This document shows, piece by piece, positions 47,873-59,100 of a stretch of DNA of 64,000 bases. A program made the position numbers and the translations under genes. Source of the stretch: Planctomycetota bacterium. GTDB lineage: Bacteria > Planctomycetota > SZUA-567 > H5-PLA8. The notes beneath the pieces were generated by a model. The model made no database searches, was not told where the DNA came from, and was given only the letters and a program-made list of their open reading frames with translations. The first letter of the stretch is position 1, and each line of letters opens with the position of its first letter. The stretch covers positions 32,001 to 96,000 of the forward strand of contig JBBRPR010000008.1 of the NCBI GenBank assembly GCA_038227875.1. Reading direction: 5' to 3'.

Positions 47873-48985
47873 ATGGCATTGGGACAAGACGATTCGGCGC
47901 CGTTGCGGGAACAGATCGGCGACGTGTTGCGGCAGCACATTCTCGACGGCAAGTTTGCCGACGGCCGCCTGCCGTCCGTGCGCAAGCTGGCGCAGGAATA
48001 CAAGCTCAGCAAGAGCACGGTCGCCAACGCCATCACCGAACTGAAGCAGCAGGGCCTTCTGCGCACGACGCTGAAGCAGGGCGTCTACATTGCCAGCGGC
48101 GATGCGCAAAAGCGGCCGGAGAAAAAGCGCACCGGCCGCATCGGCGTGTTTGCGCACGGCAGCGACGACATTTTGCGTGACCGCATCTATTTCGACGCGT
48201 TCAATGGCGTGCGGCGAGCCGCCAGCGCCCGCGGCTTCAACGTGCTCTACATGGGCAGCGAAGTCTCTGACGAAGATCATGAAACCGTGCCGATGGGCAT
48301 TCGCGACATCGACGGGCTGATTTACGTGGTCTCGCGGCTGCCCTCCGAAAAGTTTCTGCGCGAAATTGTCCGGCGCAACATACCGCTGGTCATGTTCGAC
48401 AGCCGCGACGCCAAGCAGAGTCTCGATTGCGTCCTGGTCGACAATGTCGAAGGCGCGAAAACGGTCACCCGGCATCTCATCGGCCTGGGGCATCGCCGCA
48501 TCGCGTTTTTGAATTCGGCCGGCGGGCAGAGCGCTCCCGAGCGCCTCGAGGGATATCGCCATACGCTCGAAGAGGCCGGAATTGAATTTGATCCCAATTT
48601 GGTCGCCGGCATTACGCCGCTGGTTTCCAACGGGCGTTCCCACCTGCGCGCGATGCTGCCGCTGAAACCCACCGCGGTTTTCGCCTTCAGCGATTTTCTG
48701 GGCATGGGCGCGATTCTCGCCGCCGAAGACGCGGGGCTTTCCGTGCCGAAAGACCTGAGCATCGCGAGCTTCGGTAACGAAGCCGCGGCAACTTACAAAG
48801 AATGCACCGGCCGTGAATTGACGACGGTGGATGTCGACATGGCTGGTATGGGCGCAGAAGCCGTTAAATTGCTGCTCAAGCGGCTGGAAGGCTCGACCGA
48901 ACCGCCGCAAGTGGTACGGCAGCCGGCGCGCCTGATTATCGGTAACACCACTATAAAATACCGCGCGCCCAAGGCTTCACGCTGA
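47873..48985 (+). CDS. GntR-HTH / LacI-type sugar-binding transcriptional regulator (AraR-like architecture)
   Basis: LPSVRKLA..SKSTV; DN..GA...HLI.LGHRRIA, ERLEGY, VPKDLSI. Confidence 0.92.
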   Translation: MALGQDDSAPLREQIGDVLRQHILDGKFADGRLPSVRKLAQEYKLSKSTVANAITELKQQGLLRTTLKQGVYIASGDAQKRPEKKRTGRIGVFAHGSDDILRDRIYFDAFNGVRRAASARGFNVLYMGSEVSDEDHETVPMGIRDIDGLIYVVSRLPSEKFLREIVRRNIPLVMFDSRDAKQSLDCVLVDNVEGAKTVTRHLIGLGHRRIAFLNSAGGQSAPERLEGYRHTLEEAGIEFDPNLVAGITPLVSNGRSHLRAMLPLKPTAVFAFSDFLGMGAILAAEDAGLSVPKDLSIASFGNEAAATYKECTGRELTTVDVDMAGMGAEAVKLLLKRLEGSTEPPQVVRQPARLIIGNTTIKYRAPKASR

Positions 48986-48993
48986 CGCGATCG

Positions 48994-49027
48994 TGTGGAT
49001 TCCACAAAGGTTGATGTGGATCGCACA
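48994..49027. promoter_or_regulatory. tandem palindromic operator-like sites TGTGGATTCCACA and TGTGGATCGCACA
   Basis: Two 13-mers starting 21 bp apart, upstream of the GH51 gene. Confidence 0.5.
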
Positions 49028-49084
49028 GATGGCGGGCGGATCGCCATGTTGTACTGTGAGTGTCTCAATCCCCGGAGACACTGA

Positions 49085-51232
49085 ATGAGCCACGAAGGCC
49101 CGCTGCTCGTCCATACGCCGCAAAAAGATTCCAGCAAAGCCAGCCTCACTGTGGATTTGAATAAGGTCAGTCCGCACACTGTGAACCCGTTTATGTACGG
49201 GAAGTTCTGCGAACATCTCGGGCAGAATATCTACCACGGCATGGACGCCCAAATCCTGCGGAACCCCACGTTTGGCAAGTGGCAATTCGGGGCGGGGGAG
49301 AGCTCCATCCACGGCGGGTCGATGGCCGAGATCGATCAGAAAAAGATCGAGCCTCAGGCGGAACGCTGGTCAAAAGGCCTCGGTCTTCCGCCATCCGCTC
49401 AACTTTATGCCGCGTACCGGGACACGCTGGCCTTCTTCTGGTCGCGGCTGGGCACGAAGGACGAAGTCCGCACCAGCGCCGATGTCGGCCCTAACGGTGA
49501 CCGCGCGCAGCGCGTTGAAATTCAGACCGGCGCGTCCCCCGAACGCGGCATCGCGCAGTGGACCGCCCTGCCGACGCACCGCACCCGGTCCTATCAATAC
49601 CGCGTCATCGCGCGAGCGCAGCGGCCCGTCGCAGTGAAGTTTACGCTCAGCGCATCCGCAGATGGCGGCCAGACGCTCAGCACATTGGCGGCGACGCAAC
49701 TTTCAGTCGGCGAAGACTGGCAGACGTTGACCGGCACATTCGAGATCGACGCGAATGAGAAACTTCCCGAAGGATCGAACTTCCGAGTTGCGCTCACGAC
49801 CGATGGCCCGGCGAATCTCGTCTTCGGTCGCGTGCTGCTCTATCCCAGCGATCACGTGCAGGGCTTCGATCCGGATGTCATCGCCGCGCTGAAAGCCGCG
49901 AAGTTGCCGCTGCTGCGCTGGCCGGGCGGAAACTTTGTCTCCGGGTACCGTTGGCGCGACGGCGTCGGCCCGATCGACGCGCGCCCGACGCGGACCAATC
50001 CCGCGTGGGACGGGCTGGAATACAATTTCATGGGCACCGATGAGTTTGTGGCCTACTGTAAAATCGTCGGCTGCGAGCCGTTCATCTGCGTCAACGGCGG
50101 TGACGGCACGCCCGAAGAGGCTGCCGCCTGGGTCGAATATTGCAACGGCTCGGTCAAGACGCCGATGGGCCGCTTGCGCGCGGAAAATGGCCATCCGGAA
50201 CCGTACAACATCCGCAATTGGGAAGTTGGCAACGAAATTTCCGGTTCGTGGCAGGTGGCGTGGACGTACTCCGGCGGCTACGCCGACCGTTACATGCGCT
50301 TCACCGCGGCGATGCTGAAGGCCGATCCCAGCATCCAGCTTCAGGCCTGCGGCGCGTGCGGCGAAATTACTGGCGAGTGGACCAGCCGCCTGATCTCCGA
50401 TTGCACGCCGCGACTGCGCTCGATCACCTACCACATTCTAAACGGCTGCGGCGTCAACTCGGAGACCGATCCGACGGAACTCTACCACGCGTACATGGGC
50501 CACTCGGTGGAACTCTCGAAGCAATTTGAAGAAGTTCGCCGCACGATGCTCGATGCGGGCATCAAGCAGCCACGCGTCTCAGTGACCGAATGCCAGCTCT
50601 TCCCGCGCTTCCGCGATGAAGTCAAACCCGGCGCAAAACTGACGCCCGCGACAACCATACGCCCCTCAACGATCTCCGAGGCGCTCTACATGACCCTGCT
50701 GGTCAACGCCTGCATCCGCATGGGCGATTTTGTTGAGATGTTTACGCATTCGGCCACGGTTAATCACGGTGGTGGGCTGCGCAAAATCAAGGAGCGCGTT
50801 TTTGGCGAACCGGTCCATCACGCGCACGTCATGAGCGTTCCGCTGATGAAGGGCCGGACCGTCGCGGTGGATCTGGCCTGCGCGACGTACGACACAGACA
50901 CGTCCTTCAGCCAGATACCAAAGCTCGCTGGCGTCCCCAACCTCGATGCGCTGGCGGTGCTGAGCGAAAAGAAGGACGCGCTGATCCTGATGCTCGTTCA
51001 CCGCAGCGCGACCGCCGGACCCGTGCAGTTGAGCTTGGACGTCAAGAATTTCGCTGCCGGTCCTCACGCCGAGGTTGTGACGCTGGCCGACGAAGTTCCG
51101 TACGGCGAAAACACCGCCCAGGAGCCGACGCGCATTCAGCCGCGACTATCGAGTGCCAAGGTCACCGACGGCCGCGTGGCGCTGACGCTCGCGCCATACT
51201 CGTTGACGCGCGTGACGCTGAAAAAGAGCTGA
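49085..51232 (+). CDS. alpha-L-arabinofuranosidase, GH51-like
   Basis: YGKFCEHLG..IY, RWPGGNF...YRWRDGVGP, GTDEF, WEVGNE, LAPYS. Confidence 0.9.
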   Translation: MSHEGPLLVHTPQKDSSKASLTVDLNKVSPHTVNPFMYGKFCEHLGQNIYHGMDAQILRNPTFGKWQFGAGESSIHGGSMAEIDQKKIEPQAERWSKGLGLPPSAQLYAAYRDTLAFFWSRLGTKDEVRTSADVGPNGDRAQRVEIQTGASPERGIAQWTALPTHRTRSYQYRVIARAQRPVAVKFTLSASADGGQTLSTLAATQLSVGEDWQTLTGTFEIDANEKLPEGSNFRVALTTDGPANLVFGRVLLYPSDHVQGFDPDVIAALKAAKLPLLRWPGGNFVSGYRWRDGVGPIDARPTRTNPAWDGLEYNFMGTDEFVAYCKIVGCEPFICVNGGDGTPEEAAAWVEYCNGSVKTPMGRLRAENGHPEPYNIRNWEVGNEISGSWQVAWTYSGGYADRYMRFTAAMLKADPSIQLQACGACGEITGEWTSRLISDCTPRLRSITYHILNGCGVNSETDPTELYHAYMGHSVELSKQFEEVRRTMLDAGIKQPRVSVTECQLFPRFRDEVKPGAKLTPATTIRPSTISEALYMTLLVNACIRMGDFVEMFTHSATVNHGGGLRKIKERVFGEPVHHAHVMSVPLMKGRTVAVDLACATYDTDTSFSQIPKLAGVPNLDALAVLSEKKDALILMLVHRSATAGPVQLSLDVKNFAAGPHAEVVTLADEVPYGENTAQEPTRIQPRLSSAKVTDGRVALTLAPYSLTRVTLKKS

Positions 51233-51234
51233 CG

Positions 51235-53016
51235 TCAGTAACCTGTTAACTCTCCGGACGCCGCGCTGAATTTTAGCGCGTGTCCGTCGATGGTGATCGC
51301 GAGATCGCTGCCGTTGCGACGCACGTCCACTTTCGGATCACCAAAGGTCAATAGCATCGGATGAATGTCGTGGTGACGGTCGTAGATGTGCCGCCACGTC
51401 AGCGTGGTGAGCGGGCCGTCCCAGTCCCAGTCTTTTGACTCCAGAAATCCCACGTCGCTCAGCAGCATCACCTTCATGCGCGCGTCGCGGCCTTGCACGG
51501 TCAGGCTGCTCTCGTTCCCGGACCAAGGTAGCCGGGTCTGCAGATACCACTTGGCGCTGGTGCGCAGCTCGGCGCTCTGCGGGCGCGGGCCGCGGCCGAG
51601 AATATCGTCGAGCACCAGCAGATGCTGATCGTCGAGCAGCAGCAGATGCCGCCGGAAATGCTGAAGCGCGTGCGGAAACCCTTCGGTCAGCTCGCACTTC
51701 AGATAGAAGCCGTTGGGCAGTGGCTTCATCGTCGTGATTTTCGCCGTCGCCGCGTCGGTCTGCTGCTGACCGCGTACGGTGACGGCGTTGTGTTGCTCGG
51801 TCATCCACGCGCCGTAGCCCGGGTCGATGAGAAAGCGCTCGGTGCCGTAGCCGAGAATGAAACTGCCGAGGTCCTTGTTGTTGTGGTTGCCGCCGTTGAA
51901 TCCGGACCGGAAACCAAGCCACGACTTGGCGCCTTTCCACGTCAGCCAGTCGATGCCCTGAAAGTGTTTCACGCCGGCAGTCACCGGCGGCGTCACCGGC
52001 TGAAACGGCTGGCGAAAGAAGAACGCTTCGACGTCGTAGTTGCAGGCATGCGTGTCGCGCCAGTCGCGCAGCGTCTGTTCTTGGAAGTGCGACCAGTCGG
52101 GCCGCTTCAACTTGTCCGCCCACCAGAATACCTGCGTGATGCCCCATTCGTTGGTTCCGGCGTCGACGTTCGAAAAATTGTACGGCCGCTCGTCGCCTCC
52201 CTTTAAGTACTGCCACGTGGTGATCGTGTCGTGGAAATCCTTGTTTTCGAGCAGGCCCAGAGTATCGCCTTCAAGCCGGTGCAGCGCGATAATGAAATCC
52301 GACATCCAGCCGATGCAGCCGCCCTGGTACATCACGCCTTCGGTGTATCCGCCGCCCGGGTAAAAGCTGTTGATGACCGTGCGCAGCCGCGTTTTGACTT
52401 CCTTCAGCACGCGCGCGCTGAGCTCCGGCGCTTCGTCGCGGATCGCCAGCGCTGCCAGCCCCGCGTTGCCGTGAATCGCGGCGCCCCAGTTGAAATCGCA
52501 ATTCTCCCACCAGTCGTGGAGCTCCAGCGCCTTAAGATACTGCGGCAGTCCCACGTCGCGGAGCGTGCTGACGCAGCGTTCGCGCTGCGCGGCGGTAAGG
52601 TGCGGTTTCAGCGCGTCGTAGCCAAACGCCACGGTGTAAAACAATTCGCACGCCGAGAGCTGCATCCCGCGCAGCCCGTTCGACGGCTTCGGCCGCCACT
52701 CCGGCGACGCGCACGTCCGCTCGATGGCGTCCCACGCGATGGTCAGGTACTCCGGTTTTTGCGTGAGGTAAAACGCGATCGTGCCGCGGATCATCCGGTT
52801 CTTCAGCACGCGTTCGTGGATCTTCGTGCGCTTGGGCTGCCCCAGTCCCAGCCGGATCGGCACGTCGGTGACGTCGTCGCCGTTCTTCTCGGCTTCGAGC
52901 AGTCGCAGCGCTTCGAGGTTGTGTTCATGAATCTTCGCGAAGAACGGGTCGGCCAGTTTGGCCTTCAAATTCAGCCATTCGTCGTGCGAGAAGAACAGTT
53001 CAGGGGTGTTGGACAT
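51235..53016 (-). CDS. heparinase II/III family (polysaccharide lyase-like) protein
   Basis: NWGA, GGYTEGVMY, NFSN, HNNKDLGSFIL...FLIDPG, HNAVTV. Confidence 0.8.
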   Translation of the reverse strand: MSNTPELFFSHDEWLNLKAKLADPFFAKIHEHNLEALRLLEAEKNGDDVTDVPIRLGLGQPKRTKIHERVLKNRMIRGTIAFYLTQKPEYLTIAWDAIERTCASPEWRPKPSNGLRGMQLSACELFYTVAFGYDALKPHLTAAQRERCVSTLRDVGLPQYLKALELHDWWENCDFNWGAAIHGNAGLAALAIRDEAPELSARVLKEVKTRLRTVINSFYPGGGYTEGVMYQGGCIGWMSDFIIALHRLEGDTLGLLENKDFHDTITTWQYLKGGDERPYNFSNVDAGTNEWGITQVFWWADKLKRPDWSHFQEQTLRDWRDTHACNYDVEAFFFRQPFQPVTPPVTAGVKHFQGIDWLTWKGAKSWLGFRSGFNGGNHNNKDLGSFILGYGTERFLIDPGYGAWMTEQHNAVTVRGQQQTDAATAKITTMKPLPNGFYLKCELTEGFPHALQHFRRHLLLLDDQHLLVLDDILGRGPRPQSAELRTSAKWYLQTRLPWSGNESSLTVQGRDARMKVMLLSDVGFLESKDWDWDGPLTTLTWRHIYDRHHDIHPMLLTFGDPKVDVRRNGSDLAITIDGHALKFSAASGELTGY

Positions 53017-53253
53017 GGAAGCTCCAAAATTGTGCGCTTGGAGCTTACTGACCCCATGGCCAATTGGCCATAGGGTTACCTCATCGTAAATTTACCACAA
53101 GGTTACGTCGATAGGCTTGCTGGGGAAACCGTTGAACCTTCGGCCACGAACGTTTTTGAGATTTAATCTATGTATAGTGGTGTGGGTCGAAGAGGGTTCC
53201 TAGCGATTGTGGATAAGGAAAATTTTCCATACGGTACTTGGAAGGGCTCCAGA

Positions 53254-53279
53254 ACCACCCGGTAAATTTACCGGGTGGT
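53254..53279. repeat. perfect 26-bp palindrome (terminator or REP-like)
   Basis: accacccggtaaa|tttaccgggtggt just downstream of the ECF gene. Confidence 0.7.
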
Positions 53280-53295
53280 CGAAAGGTCCTTTCGT

Positions 53296-55389
53296 TCACT
53301 TCGGCTTGGGGATCCGGTAGTACGACTCCAGGCTCAGCGTGGCCAAGGCGGTCGAGCCAACCGTGCCCACGTAGGCAAACTTCTGGTACGGAACACTTCC
53401 TTTTTCGTCGCCCGCGTGAATCTGCTGGGCTGGCAAAACTTCATTCAGCGCGGCGCGCCAGCGTTCCCACTCAGGGCCGCTTTCATTCGCCAGACTTGCG
53501 GCCTTGAAGTACGTCGCGTACAGCTTGAAATTCGAACCCTGAACGTTCTCTTCCGCGTTCGCGGGCATGCGCTCCAGCAGCCATGCGGCAGCGCCATTGG
53601 AATGCGTGTTCGTACCGCACAACAAGCGAAGTCCGTAAGCACCCATGGCCGTGCAGCACTCTGCGGTGTTTCCACTACCCGGCGTGTAGTGGAATCCATG
53701 GTCGTTGCTTTCGCAACCGGCCAGGTAATTTGCGGCTTTTTCGAGCATTGCGTCATTGGCGTTGAGCTCACTGCCGCGCGCCAGGTACAGAAACTGCGCA
53801 TACCACGAGGTGATCGACAAGTCGCCAGTAGACTGTGTGTCGCTGACCGTCAGCGGTGTGTAGCGCCACGCGCCGTCGTGGCATTGGTCCAGCGAGGCCT
53901 GAGTGAGCGCACGTCGCGCCGCCTCCACCGTTGCGGGATGGTGGCTCATGATCGCTGCTTCGGCGACCGCGGTCGCGGCCATGGGCTGTTCGTAGCCGTA
54001 ACATCCGGTCTTGGGAGTCAGGAACGCGCCCGTCGTGGACTGATGTTCGATCAGCCACGAGACGCCACGGTGGACATTCTCCGCGTACGGCCCGCTGTCT
54101 TCGCTGTTGCCGCTTCCCAGCAGCGCCAGCAACGCCAGTGATGTCGACGCCACCGCATATTTCGATTCCGCTTCCGCGGCCGCGCCGGGACTCCAGTGGC
54201 CGTCGGCGTCCTGATGCGCCGACAACCAGGCCAGCGCTTCGGAGACCGCCTGCTCGGTTTTCGCCGAGCCGCCGTTGGCCAGCGCAATCTCGGTGTGATG
54301 CGCGCGCTGCTCGACCATCGTCTTCAATTCCTGATCCGCGTCGATTTTGCGCAGCACGCGGGCGAGCGTCCGTGAGGGCGCTTTCTTCTGAGCTGCCTGC
54401 ACCGCCGGCCGGGCCGCCAGACCCAGCGACGCGAGTGTCGCTTCGCTCGCTTCGACATCGCTCGCGTTGGAGCTGTTCAGATTTTCGATCAGGCGCTGAA
54501 TTTTATCCTGAAGCGCCAGGTCGTCCTGCGGAGCCGCTTTGGGCTGCAGCGGAACCGGAGCCGTTTCCATGCGCGCCTGCGGAACTGTTTGCTGAACCGG
54601 CGCGGAAACAGGAGCGGCATGGGCCAGGAACAACGTCAACGCAACCAGCGCAACCGCGCCGGCCAGCGCCACGGCATGGACGGGCTGGAAACTCAAGCCA
54701 GTCTCGCGCGGTTCCGGCAGCGAAACGCGAGGACTCTGCAACAGCGCGTTCCACTGCGCCAGATTGCCAGGCGCAACAGTTGAAGTTCCCGGCGGAGTCG
54801 ACGCCAGTCCGCGCTCGATCATCGCCGCGGAAATGGGAATGCCGGCCAGCACCACCTGCTTGCGCAACCGTTCGACGGCGCGCGTGACCCGGTTCTTCAC
54901 CGCCGATTCCGTCAGCCGCAGTTCCGTTGCGATTTCGCTCAGCGACAGGCCCGCGAAATAGCGCAGTACGACTGGGCGGCGCAGCGATTCGGGGAGCGTT
55001 ACAATTTCGCGCTGCAGCACTTCGGACCATTCGTAGTGTTCGGACGCGTCCATGGTCGGAGTCCTCTCTGCCGGAATGCGATCGCGCTGCTCGCGGCGTT
55101 TGCCGGTGCGCAGCAGGCTGATGGCGAGATTGCAGGCCACGCGCGCAATCCAGGCGCGTGCCGCGGCATCGCTGGAACCTTCAAACTGCCCGGCGTGATC
55201 GCGGATGTGAAGCAGCACCTCCTGAACAATATCTTCTGCAAACGCATCGTCGCGGGTAAAGCGCCGCGCGATGCCCAGCAGCCACGGTCCGTGATCTTCC
55301 AGCAGAATGCCCCACGCTTCGGGATCGCGCGAAACAGCCAGCCGCCGCAGGGCCTCCACAGTACTGAGTCGTTGCAATGTCTCGTGCAT
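53296..55389 (-). CDS. ECF sigma-70 factor with TM helix and C-terminal prenyltransferase/squalene cyclase-like repeats
   Basis: AEDIVQE, WIARVA.N, LRYFAGLS..EIA..L; ALAWLSAHQDADGHW, GVSWLIEHQ..GAF, GAWRY; alternative start 55404. Confidence 0.88.
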   Translation of the reverse strand: MHETLQRLSTVEALRRLAVSRDPEAWGILLEDHGPWLLGIARRFTRDDAFAEDIVQEVLLHIRDHAGQFEGSSDAAARAWIARVACNLAISLLRTGKRREQRDRIPAERTPTMDASEHYEWSEVLQREIVTLPESLRRPVVLRYFAGLSLSEIATELRLTESAVKNRVTRAVERLRKQVVLAGIPISAAMIERGLASTPPGTSTVAPGNLAQWNALLQSPRVSLPEPRETGLSFQPVHAVALAGAVALVALTLFLAHAAPVSAPVQQTVPQARMETAPVPLQPKAAPQDDLALQDKIQRLIENLNSSNASDVEASEATLASLGLAARPAVQAAQKKAPSRTLARVLRKIDADQELKTMVEQRAHHTEIALANGGSAKTEQAVSEALAWLSAHQDADGHWSPGAAAEAESKYAVASTSLALLALLGSGNSEDSGPYAENVHRGVSWLIEHQSTTGAFLTPKTGCYGYEQPMAATAVAEAAIMSHHPATVEAARRALTQASLDQCHDGAWRYTPLTVSDTQSTGDLSITSWYAQFLYLARGSELNANDAMLEKAANYLAGCESNDHGFHYTPGSGNTAECCTAMGAYGLRLLCGTNTHSNGAAAWLLERMPANAEENVQGSNFKLYATYFKAASLANESGPEWERWRAALNEVLPAQQIHAGDEKGSVPYQKFAYVGTVGSTALATLSLESYYRIPKPK

Positions 55390-55554
55390 AAATAGCGCTC
55401 CCATGCCTCATTTAGTGTCTACAACTGGGAAACGCCGCCGCCACGGACTTCGACTCATTAAAAATGAAAGATTTTCAAAATTGCGCCTGACCCAAACCTT
55501 GCACCTCGTCCGATACCGGAGTACCGTAAATGTGACGGAAGTGAGGGGCGCACC

Positions 55555-55917
55555 ATGAAGCTGGTTATCGTCGACGAAAGCGCAGATACGTGCGAGATGC
55601 TGACGTTTATTCTCAAAGGCCTGGGCCACGCCGTATGGTCCGTCGATAATTTCAGCGACGGCGTCCCGCTGGTCCACGAACACTCGCCCGACATGGTGAT
55701 GATCGACCTGAACACCAAAGGTCTGCCGGTCGATCAGTTCATCAAGGCCGTCCAGACGCATTGCCCGTCGGTGGAATTCGTGGCGATGTCCGGCGCGCGC
55801 ACCGTGATGGTCCGCGGCCATGCGCTCCACCTCCGCCGCTACTTGCAAAAGCCATTTGAACCAGGCGACGTGCAGAAAGCGATCGGGCCAAAACCGCCAA
55901 AAGTTGCGCAGAAATAA
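55555..55917 (+). CDS. single-domain response regulator (receiver)
   Basis: LVIVDE, PDMVMID, MSG, YLQKPF. Confidence 0.85.
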   Translation: MKLVIVDESADTCEMLTFILKGLGHAVWSVDNFSDGVPLVHEHSPDMVMIDLNTKGLPVDQFIKAVQTHCPSVEFVAMSGARTVMVRGHALHLRRYLQKPFEPGDVQKAIGPKPPKVAQK

Positions 55918-56103
55918 CCACGCCTGTCGCAGACGTTCCCACACCTCTTGCTGGCTTAAACCCGAATGGTCTCCGACGAAGTCATCATCGCCGTACTGGG
56001 TTTTGCAGCATGGACAGATGTCTCCTAGTTGTACGCCAGTCGTGCAGCGAAATTTCTTTCAAGATTATTCTCCAACGCGCCCGCCCACCGTACACTCCCA
56101 CAC

Positions 56104-59100
56104 ATGAACGCCGTAACCGCACCCCATTCGCCCGACGAGGCGCTGCTCGACGACTTTGTCCAGCGGGGCTCTGAGGACGCGTTTCGCCAGCTCGCCGAAC
56201 GCCATGCCGGGCTGGTGCACGGGACGGCGCTGCGGCTGCTCAAGGGCGATGCTGCCGCCGCTGAAGATGCGGCGCAGGCCGTGTTCATCGTCCTTGCGCA
56301 GAAGGCCCGCTCGATCTCCAATCGCGCGGCGCTTCCGGCGTGGCTCTACCGCACCACGCTGCTGGTGGTGGAGAACATCCGCCGGGTCGACGCGCGGCGG
56401 CGAAAGCATGAAGCGGAGGCGGCAAAAATGGCGGAGCTCCATTCACACGCGTCGAATTCAGATCCCGTTGAGACACTGCCGCCCGAAGTCGATGTGGCCA
56501 TCTCGAAACTCAATCCAAAATTGCAGGACGCGCTGGTGCTCCATTATTTGAAAGGCCTGCCGCGGGAAGATGTCGCACACGCGCTGGGCTGTTCGCTGGA
56601 CGCCGTCCACAAGCGGCTCAGCGGCGCGGTCGAAAAATTACGCGCGACGCTCGCCGGCCAGGGCGTCTCGCTCTCCGCGCCCGGTCTGGTGGCGGCGTTG
56701 TCCGCTCAGGCCTTGCACGCAGCTCCGGCCGGCTGTGCCGCAAGCTGCCACGCGGCCGCGCTGGGCGCCGCGAAACTTGCCGCGGCCTCCACCGTTCCCG
56801 CTGGCTTGGCCAAAGGAGCAATCAAGATGCTGTGGTGGTCCCAGGTGAAAACCGTCGCCGTAGTGACCTGCGCCGCGCTCGCGCTGCTGGCGAGTGGGTT
56901 CAGCGTTCAGAAGTATCTTCGCGCCGACGACGCGCCCCTTCCCGAACGTCCGCCCGCGGGCGATGCCAAGCCCGTCGTTGCCGCGCCGCTGCCTTTTCCG
57001 GTCACCAAAGTGATCGGCATTGTGCTGAACAACAAAACCCATCAGCCGATCGCCGGCGTACAAGTGGGCCTCTACTGCCGGGGACCGGAACGCGCGCCGG
57101 AATTCCAATCCGATCATAAGCCGGCGGTGGAACTGAAAGCGAACGGCAGCAACCTGCTGCTGGTTCCTGGAACCGCGTCGCAGAACGGCATTCCTGTCGC
57201 AGTAACCGGCGCGGACGGCAGCTTCGAAATTTCCTTCATGTCGCCACTCCGCCAGCGGCTGCACTGCGATCTGGCGTTGATGGAAACGTCAGCGGTGCCC
57301 TGTCAGTTCACCGCCTACCAGGGCGAAACTGTGCGGCTCGATCCGGTGCAGTTGGAGCCCCGGCAGACCTTTCGCGTCAAAATCGTGGACGATAAAGGCA
57401 ATCCGGTCGCCAATTCCAAGCTCAAAATTTCCGGCAGTGACTACTCCACCGATCAGAAGGGATCTTTCGTGGCCAGTGTGGTGCCGCAAAATGGAATCAA
57501 CTGGGACATCACCGCTCCCGGTTTCGAACTCAAGCGCCAGACGATTAAACGCGCCGACGAAAAGCAGGACGTGGAAATCCGCCTGACGCCTTGCAAACCC
57601 GTGACGGGAAAAGTCGTCGACGCGCAAGGCAGGCCGGTCCCCAACGTCCGAATTTACGCGGGCACCGAATCGATGGGACATCTCCCCAACTGGTATACGG
57701 AAAGCGATGCGAAAGGCGATTTCGTCCTCGCCACGATGCCCGAAAACGGCGCGCCCACGCCGCTCTATCCCACACGCGGCTACGACACCATTGGTGCGAT
57801 TCAGCACGCGAGTCCCGGACAGACCGGCGTCGTACTGCAGCTTTACCCGGCCGGCAGCATCGAAATTTTAGTCGTCGACGAGAAGGGCGCGCCCATGGCG
57901 CATGCGCGGCCTCGATTGATGAGCGACGACATGTCCAAAACCCGCTGGACGCAGACCGACGAGAACGGCGTCGCCGTGATCGAAGGCATGGCGGCCGGCA
58001 GCTTCAAATTGGATCTTCCCAACGTCACCCGGGACGAAAAAGTTCCCCCGCCGCAGCCGGTGACGATCCAGGAAAACCAGACCACGAAAGCCCGCCTGGT
58101 CTGCGAACATCCGGCCGACGCGCGCCCCGTCATCGTCTCTGGATCGCTCGTCGACCGGCAGGGCCAGCCCGTCCTCCACGCCATGGTCATGGCCTGCGTG
58201 CGCAGCGGCGGCGCTTTTCTGGAGTCCGCGCCGCATGGCAATTCCTTTGTCGATGCCGACGGCAAATTCGAACTCGCGCTCTGGCCGGATTCCGAGCCGC
58301 TCAACCGCAGACGCACGCCCATGTGGTCGCCACTGGAACCGGAGGGCGACAACAAGCTCCGCCTCTCAGCCGTTTTCACGGACGGGCAGGGCCGTGAGTA
58401 CTTCGTCGATTCGACCGTTCCCTGGACGGCCGGCACGAAAAACTTCGATGCCGGAAAACTCACCGCCGCGCTCGATCCCGAACGCACCGTCGCCATCGAC
58501 AGCGAGCCGCGCGTCTGGCTGGAGAGAGTACAGGATGCTCAAGGCAGAGACATTCACTGCCGCGCCCTCGCGCCGGCCAACCCCGAAGCCCGCGGCTTGC
58601 GGTTCGTGGTGCGGAACTCGGGTGAGCTAAAAGCGCAGCTGCGGAATTCCACGGGAGAGGTCGTCAGCGTCACCGTTCCCTCAATCAAGTCAGGAGAAAC
58701 TCAGGCGCCTGTCGTGGCCCAATTTGCGTCCCCGCGGAAAGTAACGTTCACGATCCAGGACGAGGACGGCAAGCCGCTGGCGGGTGCGAGATTCTTCAGC
58801 CTTTCGGAGGACGTCAATGCGTTCTCGCAAGGCGTAAATCAAAAGAGCAGCGCGACTGGCGAACTGACGTTCGACTGTGCGTCCAAGTCGGCCGGGAGAT
58901 GTTTGATCTACAGCGGACTGAGCCGTGAACTTTATTTTGTAAACATTCCCGCTGCTGAAACGCCGTTCGTTCAGACGGTTAAAATTGAAAAGGCCAGCGC
59001 CGTACTCTCGGGCCGCGTGACCGACAGCAGCGGCAAGGTCATCGCGATACACCGGCTAAACCTGCAGCTCAATTGCGAGGGTCGCCAGTCCGCCTTGGAA

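Noticed and set aside
53208..53216. Perfect DnaA box TGTGGATAA
   Set aside because: Single box, no cluster, no dnaA/dnaN or clear unwinding element; not evidence for oriC
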